Positions 18,156 through 28,000 of a stretch of 64,000 nt of DNA are shown in pieces (position 1 is the first letter of the stretch; every line of letters begins with the position of its first letter). Location of the stretch: assembly GCA_963719505.1 (NCBI GenBank), contig CAVRCF010000002.1, forward strand, positions 373,323 to 437,322. Direction: 5' to 3'. This DNA comes from Halobacteriovoraceae bacterium. Lineage in GTDB: Bacteria > Bdellovibrionota > Bacteriovoracia > Bacteriovoracales > Bacteriovoracaceae. The translations under genes and the position numbers were made by a program. The notes beneath the pieces are model-generated. The model did not search any database. It was not told where the DNA came from and worked only from the letters and a program-made list of their open reading frames with translations.

Positions 18156-19469
18156 CTAGAGGGCCTTGGCGATTCCGCTAGATATATCAAAGCAATTCCA
18201 CTGTAGTATGTCGTTTTTTTGATTTTGGCAGTAGCAAGCGACTAACTGGTCTTTCTCCACTCTCTCACTTGCTGTAGAGCAGTTTTTATTTATATAGTTT
18301 TGAGACAGCTCAATTCCAGAAGATGGAGACATCGGTCCCGAACAAATAAGTTGTGCTAGATTTTTATTTTTTATCCACGTTCCATCAATACAAATTGATT
18401 CGTCTCCTTGGCAGTGTTTAACTTCGCCAATATATTCACTGTAGCATGATTCCCCAGAGGAGCGACTGATAGCATTATTAGTATCCTCAACTGAACACAC
18501 GGCTCCAGAATTAGCCGGAGTGATATTATTTAACTGATCACTCATCTGAGCAACTTTACTAATAGGACTGTAGTCTTTTGTGTAGATACCGTCTTGAAAA
18601 TCTCCGCTTAGGTACTGATCCATAGAGATAAAGTCAATGCCCAGGCACTTTCCCTTTTCGATCAACTCATCCATGACCGTCTTTTGAGTATTATATTTTG
18701 AAGGAAGAGAGTTTATCTCCCTGGTATCATGAAAAAGAGTCATGAAGTTTTTCACTGAACTTTTGCAAATCGATTTTAGTTGATCTTGAATATATTTGTC
18801 TTTATTAGATTCGCTATAGGTTGAACTGGCATCTTTAGAATCTAAGTTCCAGCCAATATGAGACAAATTAAATTCACTTGCCACACTCATAGCCGGACTA
18901 TTGAGGCGATAGTATTTAAGTTTTTCCGCGTAACTCGCTCCTATAATTCTTCTGCCTTGTTCGTCGATCATTGTTTGAATTTCTTTTTTACTAGGGGATA
19001 TTCCTCGACCGTAAGGGAAGCGTAAAAGCGTGTGCTTTTGTTTTTGAAATTTACCATCAGTAAAAGAATTTAAAAGAGAAACACTTTTACCAATTTGATC
19101 ACGTCTTTGTTGATCAGAGTAGCCTACTTCAAGAGAATCACCAACGTAGCGAAGATCGTGACAATTATGATCGTGGACGTGGCTTGAGAGAGTATGCCCC
19201 GAATCTAGCATTGAATTTAAAATAAGTTTTTTTTGTTTAAGGTCACCCTTTTCAAGTTGATGAGTAGAAATAAAAAAAGTCGCTTTTACGTTTTGTCTTT
19301 TTAGTGTTTCGACAATCTTGGGTGTTGTCGTTGTGTTTGGCCCATCATCAAAAGTGAGATGAACTTTTTTATTATCACAACTCTTTATCTCAGAGATGTC
19401 GTTTTTATAAAGATCGCAGTTTTGAGCTGAAGCGATAGAGAAGGGAATAAGAGCAAGAAGAAAAAACAT
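18156..19469 (-). CDS. Secreted polysaccharide (peptidoglycan) deacetylase, CE4, with Cys-rich C-terminus
   Basis: Signal peptide; LTFDDGP, HVHDH, RFPYG and LFHD motifs. Confidence 0.8.
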   Translation of the reverse strand: MFFLLALIPFSIASAQNCDLYKNDISEIKSCDNKKVHLTFDDGPNTTTTPKIVETLKRQNVKATFFISTHQLEKGDLKQKKLILNSMLDSGHTLSSHVHDHNCHDLRYVGDSLEVGYSDQQRRDQIGKSVSLLNSFTDGKFQKQKHTLLRFPYGRGISPSKKEIQTMIDEQGRRIIGASYAEKLKYYRLNSPAMSVASEFNLSHIGWNLDSKDASSTYSESNKDKYIQDQLKSICKSSVKNFMTLFHDTREINSLPSKYNTQKTVMDELIEKGKCLGIDFISMDQYLSGDFQDGIYTKDYSPISKVAQMSDQLNNITPANSGAVCSVEDTNNAISRSSGESCYSEYIGEVKHCQGDESICIDGTWIKNKNLAQLICSGPMSPSSGIELSQNYINKNCSTASERVEKDQLVACYCQNQKNDILQWNCFDISSGIAKAL

Positions 19470-19537
19470 CTGTTTATTATATCAAGGAATTAAAGAGGTT
19501 TTCATGTGAGTAGTATTTGCCACTTGTTGAAAAAAAT

Positions 19538-19563
19538 AAAGCCGAGGTTTTTACCCCGGCTTT
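19538..19563 (-). terminator. Intrinsic terminator
   Basis: AAAGCCGAGGT-TTTT-ACCCCGGCTTT hairpin with an A-tract, just after the stop at 19569. Confidence 0.65.
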
Positions 19564-19568
19564 TGATA

Positions 19569-20516
19569 TTATTGATTTTGTACTGAGATATAGTCAAATA
19601 GGTTGCTATCATCGATATTGATTTCAGAAAATTTTGTTGATCCATAACTTGTTACTAAAGCTCCAATATTATTAGCTTCTGTTTCAGTATGTCTCATTAA
19701 AAGTTTTGTGGCTTTTCTATCATTAGCTATCTTGATACCAACTCCCGCAGATAGTATAGTTGATCTTTTTATAATCACTTCTTCAGCGTCATAAACATGG
19801 ATTCCTTCAGCTGCATTTCCAAGAGTTGAATCTACTATTCTAACCAGTTTTGTATCGTAGATAAAAACCTGTGTTCCATCAATCTGTGCATTAGAAAGAT
19901 CCATATCTTTAATGACAACTTTCTCAGTGGCCTTAAGGTTAAAACCATTCGCAGATCCATCAAAGATGCTATTGTGTTTTTCAAGAATTCTAATCTTTTT
20001 TGCAGAAAGGCTTAGAGCCACTTGTTTTGAATATGAAAAATCTGAATTGATAAATCTTGGAGAATAATCACAGCTTGGGGCATTGACTCGCGCACCATAA
20101 GTATTATGACTGAGATCACTATTTGAAACTCTTAATCTGTCACAAGATTGATCATCTTCAGAATAAAAATCAACTCCCATATACATATCAGTAGCGATAA
20201 CTTTGTTGAGAATCAATTTCTTTACATTATAACCCTCAACCGCTTTGGCCGTTTCGCTTCCTTCTATCTTTACATTTCTTATTCTAATCGTGTCACCTTC
20301 AGCATAGATACCAACTGTCGTGTTTGGAGTGATAATTCTGTGACCATTTCCTTGTAAAATAGCTTCACCTCTCAAAGAGAGTGCTGAGTACCCTGAGTGA
20401 GCTGAACAATCTAGATCTTCAGTCATCTTTACTTCAGTTGTAATAGTGTCTCCGCAGTTAAGTGCGAATGCTGATAGTGAAATTAAATTAAGTGCCGTGA
20501 TAGTAAGTAGTTTCAT
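19569..20516 (-). CDS. Secreted right-handed parallel beta-helix protein
   Basis: Signal peptide, CGDTIT..V..TEDLDC start, repeated G(I/V).(V/I)...N/D beta-helix turns. Confidence 0.7.
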   Translation of the reverse strand: MKLLTITALNLISLSAFALNCGDTITTEVKMTEDLDCSAHSGYSALSLRGEAILQGNGHRIITPNTTVGIYAEGDTIRIRNVKIEGSETAKAVEGYNVKKLILNKVIATDMYMGVDFYSEDDQSCDRLRVSNSDLSHNTYGARVNAPSCDYSPRFINSDFSYSKQVALSLSAKKIRILEKHNSIFDGSANGFNLKATEKVVIKDMDLSNAQIDGTQVFIYDTKLVRIVDSTLGNAAEGIHVYDAEEVIIKRSTILSAGVGIKIANDRKATKLLMRHTETEANNIGALVTSYGSTKFSEINIDDSNLFDYISVQNQ

Positions 20517-20677
20517 TTTTTCCCCTCTCTCAAAAGTTAAATTAAATGTCTTTGTTTCTTTAAGAGCTGCAAGGAGAGGGCCAAAAAGGAAGGTGGCTAA
20601 TTAGTTGAATATTCTTTTATGAAGGAAGAGAAACTGTAAATTTTTTAGGAGCTGTATAGAAACTAGACGATTATGTC

Positions 20678-22427
20678 GTAACTGCTCAATAAAGTGTTCT
20701 TCAAATCTTTAAAAATATTTATTTTGAACTAATCATCAGAAATTGTTTGGCCATCCATCTCTTTTTTGTAAATATATCTCCATGGCATTTGATGAATTAA
20801 AAAACATGGCAATGGGATGGGTAAATACTTGGAATAAAGGCAAACTCAAAAGAAAGTTAAAAGAGACTGCTCAGCGTGCTGTAGACCTTACTATAGAAAA
20901 TTCAGAGTTGGAAAAAAAGAATAGTGAACTCATAGATGAAGTTCGTCGTCTCAAAGGTGAAAAAGAAAAACCTAAAATAAAGCCAACAAATACTAGTGAC
21001 CTAAATCCACCTCCGAAGAAAGAACATAAGAAAAAGTCTAAAAAGAAAGATATCGAAGTTGATGAAGAGATTGAAATTTCTCCAGATAAAAATGAACTCC
21101 CTAAAGACGCTAAATTCATCGGTTCTAGAGATGTTGTGGTCCAAGAAATAGTATTTAATCGCAGAAATATAAAATTCTCTATTAAGAGATATTACTCTGA
21201 AAGTCTTAGTAGAGTTATCGAAGGTGAGATACCTTCAGGTTTCAAGGGCCATCAGTTTGGTCCTAAACTTCGGGCCCACATTCTTTATTTGAATTACAAA
21301 TTAAGAGTTCCCCACGAAAAGATTAGAGAAATGCTCTCTGAGCTAAAAATTGATATTAGTGCTGGAACTATAAATTCAATTCTAAATAACCTGACTGATG
21401 ACTTTCAGGTTGATCTGGAATCCGCAAGACATGCAGGACTAAAAAGAGATTCGAAAGTTCATATCGATGATACTGGGGCGAAAGTTAATGGAGTAAAAGC
21501 TTACACATTTGGAGTAAGCCATAAGTACTTTACTAGCTTCACTACGAGTTTTGAAAAGAATCGTTGGGCATCGGTGGGAGCACTCTTTGGAGGTGAGCAA
21601 AGGTTTATTTTCGATAGAGCTGCAATTGATTTTATTGGTAAGAAACTAAAACGTCCCAAGGTTACAGTATTTTTTAACCTTCTAGAAAAGAAGATAAGTT
21701 TTAGTCGAGAAGAATTAGAGGTCTTTTTTGAAGATTCGACTTTCTCAGATGTAACTAAAAAACAAAAAGATATCGTTAGAACTGCTGGTGCACTTAGTTA
21801 TGCGAACTCTAGAGCGAATGGACCACCAATAAGATTTTTAATCTCAGATGAAGGGACAAATTTTAATGGGCTTCATAGGAACCATCAGCTTTGTTGGGTG
21901 CATGAGATTCGTAAATATAAGCTATGTGAGGTTTTCAAAAGAATAGAGAGTGAAACCCTTGAGAAATTGGTTCGTCAGTGGAGAGCTTTTTATAAGCTCA
22001 TGAAGAGGTACAGGAATAATCCTGACACCGTTAAGAGAATACAGATTCGATCAGAATTTGAGAGGATCACGTCTTTAAAAACATTAGTTAAACCACTGGA
22101 TGCACAGCTTGGAAGAACAAGAAAGAATAGAGATAAACTTTTACTATTTTTGAAATACCCACAACTTCCTCTGGATAATAACCTTTGCGAAAGAGACCTT
22201 CGAGAACGAGTGATAAAAAGAAAAATCTCACTTCAAAACCGCTCATTGAAAGGAATGAAGTCTTGGGACTTGATGCTTTCACTGGCCTCAACTTGTAGAA
22301 AAATAAATTTGAGTTTTTGGCGATATTTAGAAGATCGAATCTCCCAACGAGAAGAAATTCCATACCTGGGCAAGCTAGTTCAAGCTATTTAAATCCTATA
22401 AATTTAAACACAATATTGAGCAGTTAC
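20678..22427 (+). mobile_element. IS66-family element, single-ORF (ISBst12-like), 1750 bp
   Basis: Perfect 14-bp terminal inverted repeats GTAACTGCTCAATA; 8-bp target duplication ATTATGTC (20670-20677 and 22428-22435). Confidence 0.9.
20782..22392 (+). CDS. IS66-family transposase
   Basis: Coiled-coil N-terminus, FGP.LRA, HIDDTG, LISD, HQLCWVH and DNNLCERDLR..V.KRKIS. Start codon uncertain. Confidence 0.9.
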   Translation: MAFDELKNMAMGWVNTWNKGKLKRKLKETAQRAVDLTIENSELEKKNSELIDEVRRLKGEKEKPKIKPTNTSDLNPPPKKEHKKKSKKKDIEVDEEIEISPDKNELPKDAKFIGSRDVVVQEIVFNRRNIKFSIKRYYSESLSRVIEGEIPSGFKGHQFGPKLRAHILYLNYKLRVPHEKIREMLSELKIDISAGTINSILNNLTDDFQVDLESARHAGLKRDSKVHIDDTGAKVNGVKAYTFGVSHKYFTSFTTSFEKNRWASVGALFGGEQRFIFDRAAIDFIGKKLKRPKVTVFFNLLEKKISFSREELEVFFEDSTFSDVTKKQKDIVRTAGALSYANSRANGPPIRFLISDEGTNFNGLHRNHQLCWVHEIRKYKLCEVFKRIESETLEKLVRQWRAFYKLMKRYRNNPDTVKRIQIRSEFERITSLKTLVKPLDAQLGRTRKNRDKLLLFLKYPQLPLDNNLCERDLRERVIKRKISLQNRSLKGMKSWDLMLSLASTCRKINLSFWRYLEDRISQREEIPYLGKLVQAI

Positions 22428-22515
22428 ATTATGTCCTATCCTTATTTCTCAGCGATTATGTCCTATTCAATAATATTTATGTACCCTGATTCCAATCAGT
22501 TATTAGGGGAATTGA

Positions 22516-23679
22516 ATGGGAAAAGTCACTATGTCACAAAAAGAATTGAAGCAGTATCGCCTGGCCATGGATGTTATTGAAGGTAAGTTAACTATAATTT
22601 CCTTCTCTGAACAGATTGGAAAATCGTATCGACAATCTCAGAGAATTATCAATAAAGTTAAGGCCAAGGGTTCGATTGGTGTCTTACATGGAAACATTAA
22701 TCGAACTCCTCACAATAAAACTCCATTCGAAGTTGAAGAAAAAATAGTCTCTCTTCTAAAAAATCAATATCGAAACTTTAATCTAACTCATTTTCGAGAA
22801 AAGATAGAAGAGTATGAGGAAATTAAAATCAAAAAAGATGCACTTCACTCAATTGCTAGGAAACATTGCCTTGTAAAACATCCTAAACGAAGAGGAAGAC
22901 GGTGCCATAAACCAAGAGCAAGACTTCCAAAAGAAGGGATGATGATTCAGTTTGATGGAAGTGATCATACTTGGTTCGGTGATGAAAGAACTGATTTGAT
23001 TGGAGGAATTGATGATGCTACCGGGATTGTTGTTGGTGCTGAATTTTTCTATGGAGAGACGTCAAATAACTCTCTGAAGGTGATTAGGGAGATCGTTGAT
23101 AACTATGGATTGCCAGAAAGTTTCTATATGGACCAAGCAGGTATTTATGGTAAGAAAGAGCGCGAGTGGGAATCACAAATTTCGAGAGCATTTGATCAAA
23201 CAGGAATTCAATTAATCTTAGCAGGTTCTTCTCAAGCAAAGGGAAGAATAGAGAGACTCTGGAGAACATTCCAAGACAGACTGGTAGCGGAGTTAGAATT
23301 TAATCACATAACAAATATTGAAGAAGCCAATTATTACTTAAAAGAGATTTTTATTCCTGCATACAATTTTCAATTCTCAGTCAAAGCCGAAGAAGAAGAA
23401 GAAAAAGCCTGGAGAAAAAATGTTTTTGGAGACCTAGATATTATATTTTGTAAAAAGATTAGGCGAAAAATTATGGTTGGAAATGTATTTAGTTGGGAGA
23501 ATGTGACTTGGGTGTTGGATGAAAAAAGGTGTTTCTATGGACGAGAAATCAATATAAATATTCACCTTGATGGAAGCTACAGCTTCGATGTGATGGGCAG
23601 AAAAGTTCAATGTAAAGTTAGTAATAGGAAAAGATTAAGTGACTATGGTGATAAGTCGAAACACAGAAAAAGCGCTTAA
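22516..23679 (+). CDS. ISNCY/IS1202-family DDE transposase
   Basis: QFDGS.H.W, IDDATG, FYMDQAG and SQAKGRIERLWRTFQDRL; a diverged homolog of 8658-9803. Confidence 0.9.
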   Translation: MGKVTMSQKELKQYRLAMDVIEGKLTIISFSEQIGKSYRQSQRIINKVKAKGSIGVLHGNINRTPHNKTPFEVEEKIVSLLKNQYRNFNLTHFREKIEEYEEIKIKKDALHSIARKHCLVKHPKRRGRRCHKPRARLPKEGMMIQFDGSDHTWFGDERTDLIGGIDDATGIVVGAEFFYGETSNNSLKVIREIVDNYGLPESFYMDQAGIYGKKEREWESQISRAFDQTGIQLILAGSSQAKGRIERLWRTFQDRLVAELEFNHITNIEEANYYLKEIFIPAYNFQFSVKAEEEEEKAWRKNVFGDLDIIFCKKIRRKIMVGNVFSWENVTWVLDEKRCFYGREININIHLDGSYSFDVMGRKVQCKVSNRKRLSDYGDKSKHRKSA

Positions 23680-23751
23680 AGTCTGATAGGACATAATCGC
23701 TCAGAAATTAACCGGACATAATTGCCCAGAAACAACAAATTTTTTAGGAGC

Positions 23752-23768
23752 TGTCTAAAGTTTAGACG
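23752..23768. promoter_or_regulatory. Palindrome TGTCTA-AAGTT-TAGACG (IS target motif)
   Basis: Same motif and same position relative to the target duplication as 9879-9895. Confidence 0.55.
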
Positions 23769-24600
23769 ATTCTAAGCAGTTGGGATCTATATCATCTCTT
23801 TTTTCAAAGCCGCTTTTATCTTTCTTTAATTGGTGAGAGTTTTCCCAGCTAAGACAGCTTATAGCTTTAGAGCGATCTGTATCAGATGGGCCTAAATTTC
23901 TAGGGACATCTTGGGTTTTAAAGAGGCATGTTTCAAAAATCATCGAGGCAATCTTAGTTGTCTTTGAGGTTTTACCAGCATGAGTGCCATGTGAGATTAA
24001 GTTTTCACTGTATCGACTTCCTGTGGGCATATCGGAAAAGTGAATAATCGGTTTAATGATCTCAGGTGAAAAGAAAAGGTATTCATCATTATCATCGATT
24101 TCAGTAAACAAAAGGGAAATTGTTTCATCTCGCTTAACCTTATATAAACCATGACGATCATTTTGTTCGCTGTATGATGCGTAAATTGGATCGTCATCGA
24201 AAGAATCAATAACAAGATCTTCATGCCTGAAATTTATTTTTTTACCAAAAAAATCTCTACGAGTTCCCGATTTACGAATGGTCTCCGGTTCATCGTCTTT
24301 TTGATTTTTTTCATAGATACAGCCTTTTATGTACTGAACGACTGCATACTTCTTTATCACATCTTTGGATGTCACTTCGTACTTTCCTTCAAGGAAGGTT
24401 GTCGCGTAATGAATGGGAGTTGATGAGATGGTGGTATCTGTTTCAAAATCTTTAAAGATTGTTATGGAGAAGCTCTTTAAATCACATGAGTTCGTGACTG
24501 AGCAGTCTTTATTAATAAATGACTTCGTTTCTTGCTCCATCGCTCCAGCAGAAAAAAGGGCGAGAAAGCTTAAAAAGATCAGTATAAAGTAATTTGTCAT
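23755..24600 (-). CDS. Secreted hypothetical protein
   Basis: Signal peptide and several Cys; no recognised family. Confidence 0.6.
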   Translation of the reverse strand: MTNYFILIFLSFLALFSAGAMEQETKSFINKDCSVTNSCDLKSFSITIFKDFETDTTISSTPIHYATTFLEGKYEVTSKDVIKKYAVVQYIKGCIYEKNQKDDEPETIRKSGTRRDFFGKKINFRHEDLVIDSFDDDPIYASYSEQNDRHGLYKVKRDETISLLFTEIDDNDEYLFFSPEIIKPIIHFSDMPTGSRYSENLISHGTHAGKTSKTTKIASMIFETCLFKTQDVPRNLGPSDTDRSKAISCLSWENSHQLKKDKSGFEKRDDIDPNCLESSKL

Positions 24601-24650
24601 AGTTTATGCTATCAAGAGTTTGAAGAGCGTGTAGTTGGATTGGAAAAATT

Positions 24651-24683
24651 TCAGCCACTGTCAAATATTTAGACAGTGGCTGA
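24651..24683 (-). terminator. 12-bp hairpin, terminator-like, enclosing TGTCAA-ATATT-TAGACA
   Basis: TCAGCCACTGTC/GACAGTGGCTGA immediately after the stop at 24690. Confidence 0.6.
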
Positions 24684-24689
24684 GGGCTT

Positions 24690-25118
24690 TTATCTTAAAT
24701 AATCAAAAGAGAATCCACCTATATAGTCTATTCCTGATAGGTTTTGCTCTAAAGAATCAGCCAGCGGAAGATGCCCAGATCTTTTATAAACATCTCCATA
24801 AAATTTAATTTGGTTTGTGCCTTTTAGATAAGTCCCTTTTATGATGATGGTCGATTTAAAAGATTGGAAACTTGTATTAAAGGCAGCGATAAAAATCGTT
24901 TGTCCGTTTTGGTTAAAAGATTTGAATTTTTTCGTTCTCCACTCAAAGTTTGTTCCTGATAGGACAACTTCACCCTGTCCTCTTGAAGGCACATCGAGGA
25001 TAACCTGTCTTGTTGTCAGTTCCCCAGAAGGGAGTTTATAGTAAATCTCACCATCGACAGGTGCTGCAAATGAGTTCAGTGAAAAAGCGTAAGCAAAAAG
25101 TAGAATTAATGTTTTCAT
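24690..25118 (-). CDS. Secreted hypothetical protein
   Basis: Start placed at ATG 25118 (AAGGAG RBS), giving signal peptide MKTLILLFAYAFSLNSFA. Confidence 0.65.
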   Translation of the reverse strand: MKTLILLFAYAFSLNSFAAPVDGEIYYKLPSGELTTRQVILDVPSRGQGEVVLSGTNFEWRTKKFKSFNQNGQTIFIAAFNTSFQSFKSTIIIKGTYLKGTNQIKFYGDVYKRSGHLPLADSLEQNLSGIDYIGGFSFDYLR

Positions 25119-25319
25119 AATGGTCTCCTTGATAAGTTGGTTTAATAATGGAATGGGCATCACAAGTTTTCTATATAAAATTTCTTTGTTGACTAGATGT
25201 CTATTGGCGAGGTGCCCAAAAATCTGAAATTTAGCCATAAACAGCTTAAATGTGTACAGATCTACACTTTTAAAGGGATAATTTTTGATAGAATCTGGAA
25301 AATTATTAAAGGGGTAAGT

Positions 25320-27990
25320 ATGAAAAGTTTAAATACTTTTAAAAGTAAAAAGAAAATTGAAGTTAGTGGTAAAAGTTATCAAATCTTCAGTTTAAAGCAA
25401 GCAGAAGAAAATGGTTTAAAAGACATCTCAAAGCTTCCAAAGTCACTTAAAGTCCTCACTGAAAATCTTTTAAGAAAAGAAGATGAAAAAACGGTAACGA
25501 AATCCGATATAACGGCCATGACGAGTTGGCTGGTAGATAAGAAGTCTAAAACAGAAATAAGCTTTTATCCTTCTCGAGTGATGATGCAAGATTTTACAGG
25601 TGTTCCTGCGGTCGTGGATCTAGCGGCAATGAGAGATGCCATGAAGAATCTAGGGGGAGATCCTCAGAAGATTAATCCTCAAGTTCCCGTTGACCTTGTC
25701 ATTGATCATTCGGTTATGGTTGATAGCTATGGAGATAAAGATTCATTTCAACAAAATGTCGTTTTAGAATTTGAAAGAAATAAAGAGCGGTACGAGTTTT
25801 TAAAATGGGGACAAAATGCCTTTGAAAACTTTAAAGTTGTTCCTCCTGGCACAGGTATCATTCATCAAGTCAATTTAGAGTACACAGGTCAAGTTGTTTG
25901 GACCAAAGATGAAGACGGGGAGGAACTCGCTTATTGCGACTCCCTTGTTGGTACAGATTCTCATACGACAATGATTAACGGTCTTTCTATTCTAGGTTGG
26001 GGAGTCGGTGGTATTGAAGCCGAGGCTGCCATGCTTGGGCAAGCTATAACAATGCTTATTCCTGAAGTTGTAGGATTTAAAATATCGGGAAGACTTACCG
26101 AAGGAACAACGGCTACGGATCTGGTTTTAAGAGTTGTCGAAATGTTAAGACAAAAAAATGTTGTCGGAAAATTTGTTGAATTCTATGGTGACGGCCTTGC
26201 CAACTTAAGTCTTGCCGATAGAGCAACGATAGCAAATATGGCCCCAGAGTACGGTGCGACCATGGGATTTTTCCCCATCGATGAAGAGACTATTCGTTAT
26301 TTAAAATTCACCAACAGAGATCCTCAAAGAGTTGCTCTTGTAGAAGCTTATGCAAAAGAGCAAGGCCTTTGGAGAAATAATGGAGATGAGCCTACATTTA
26401 CCGACTAGTTTAGAATTAGACATGGCCACAGTGGAAGCATCAATTGCAGGACCAAAAAGACCTCAGGATAGAGTTCTTTTAAGTAGTGCCGCTGAAAAAT
26501 TTAGTCATGATTTAGAAAAAACTTTTAAAGTCAAAGATATGAATGCAAAAGTACAAGTTGAAGGCGAAGACTTCTCAATGACTCAAGGTGATGTTGTCAT
26601 AGCGGCGATTACAAGTTGCACCAACACATCGAATCCAAGTGTTATGATTGGTGCTGGCCTCCTCGCTAAAAAAGCGAGAAAACTTGGTTTGACAGTTAAG
26701 CCTTGGGTTAAAACATCATTAGCTCCAGGATCAAAAGTTGTGACAGACTACCTTGTTGAAAGTGGACTGCAAGAGGACTTAGATGCACTGGGCTTTAACT
26801 TAGTTGGGTATGGATGTACGACATGTATTGGAAACTCAGGACCTTTACTTCCAAAGTTTTCCCAGGCAATTCAAAAAGGTGATCTTGTGGTCAACGTCTG
26901 TTCTATCGGGAAATAGAAATTTTGAAGGACGAATCTCTCCAGATGTTAAAGCTAACTATCTCGCTTCACCTCCTTTGGTTGTGGCTTATGCCTTAGCTGG
27001 AAGTATGAAAATAGATATTACTAAAGATGCTCTTGGCAAAGACAAAGATGGTAATGATGTTTTTCTAAAAGACGTGTGGCCAACAGATTTAGAGATAAAA
27101 GAGACGGTGGCCAAAGCCTTAACTCCTGAAATGTTTCAAGCTCGTTATTCGAAATGTCTTTGAGGGAACCAAAGAGTGGCAAGACATAAAGACGAGTAAC
27201 AGGACAAACTTATCAGTGGAATGAGAAGTCTACTTATATTCAAAACCCTCCATTTTTTGAAGGGATGAAAGCATCAGAAGAAAAAGTTAATGACATTCAC
27301 GATGCTAAAGTTGTGGCCATCCTTGCTGACTCGACAACGACAGATCATATTTCGCCTGCTGGAAATATAGCGGCATCCTCTCCCGCTGGGATGTTTCTAA
27401 AAGAAAATGGTGTTGAGCCAAAAGACTTTAACTCTTACGGCTCGAGAAGAGGGAACGATAAAGTCATGACCCGAGGAACCTTTGCCAATATTAGAATTAA
27501 AAATGAAATGCTCGATGGAGTTGAAGGTGGCTACACTTTATTTGATGGCAAGCAGATGTCTATTTACGATGCAGCGATGAAACATAAAGAAAAAGGTAAC
27601 GACTTAGTTGTTGTTGCTGGTAAAGAATATGGTACCGGCTCTTCGAGAGATTGGGCTGCAAAAGGGACAAGACTTCAGGGTATTAGTGCCGTCATCGTTG
27701 AAAGCTTTGAGAGAATCCATAGATCAAACCTCATTGGTATGGGTGTTCTTCCTTTAGAATTCACTAATGGGCAAAGTAGGAAAACTCTAAAACTAGATGG
27801 ATCGGAGAGTTTTAGCATTTCAGGTCTGTCTTCTATGAAGCCTGGGGAGTTAGTCGATTGTAAAATTGAGTTTGCTAATGGTAAATCAGAAACGGTAAAA
27901 CTCAAGTCTAGAATCGATACACAAACGGAACTCGAGTATTATAAAAATGGTGGAATACTTCACTACATGCTTAGAAACTTTATTAAGTAA
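25320..27990 (+). CDS. acnA: Aconitate hydratase A, split by about four frameshifts (likely sequencing errors)
   Basis: Consecutive ORFs carry [58 protein letters not shown] and [13 protein letters not shown]. Confidence 0.9.
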
Positions 27991-28000
27991 GGATAAAAAA

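Larger units (their letters stand above)
20655..23737 (+). mobile_element. Second IS1202-family element (1325 bp net) with 16-bp target duplication, left end interrupted by an IS66
   Basis: AATTTTTTAGGAGCTG at 20639-20654 and 23738-23753. ATTATGTCC/GGACATAAT end repeats as in the first IS; right end ...AACAACA. Confidence 0.85.

Noticed and set aside
8555-23737. Composite transposon bounded by the two IS1202 elements
   Set aside because: Each IS has its own distinct target duplication, showing independent insertions.
26350-27265. Programmed frameshifting or a naturally split aconitase
   Set aside because: Several shifts without slippery-site or stimulator patterns, in a window with other indel errors.
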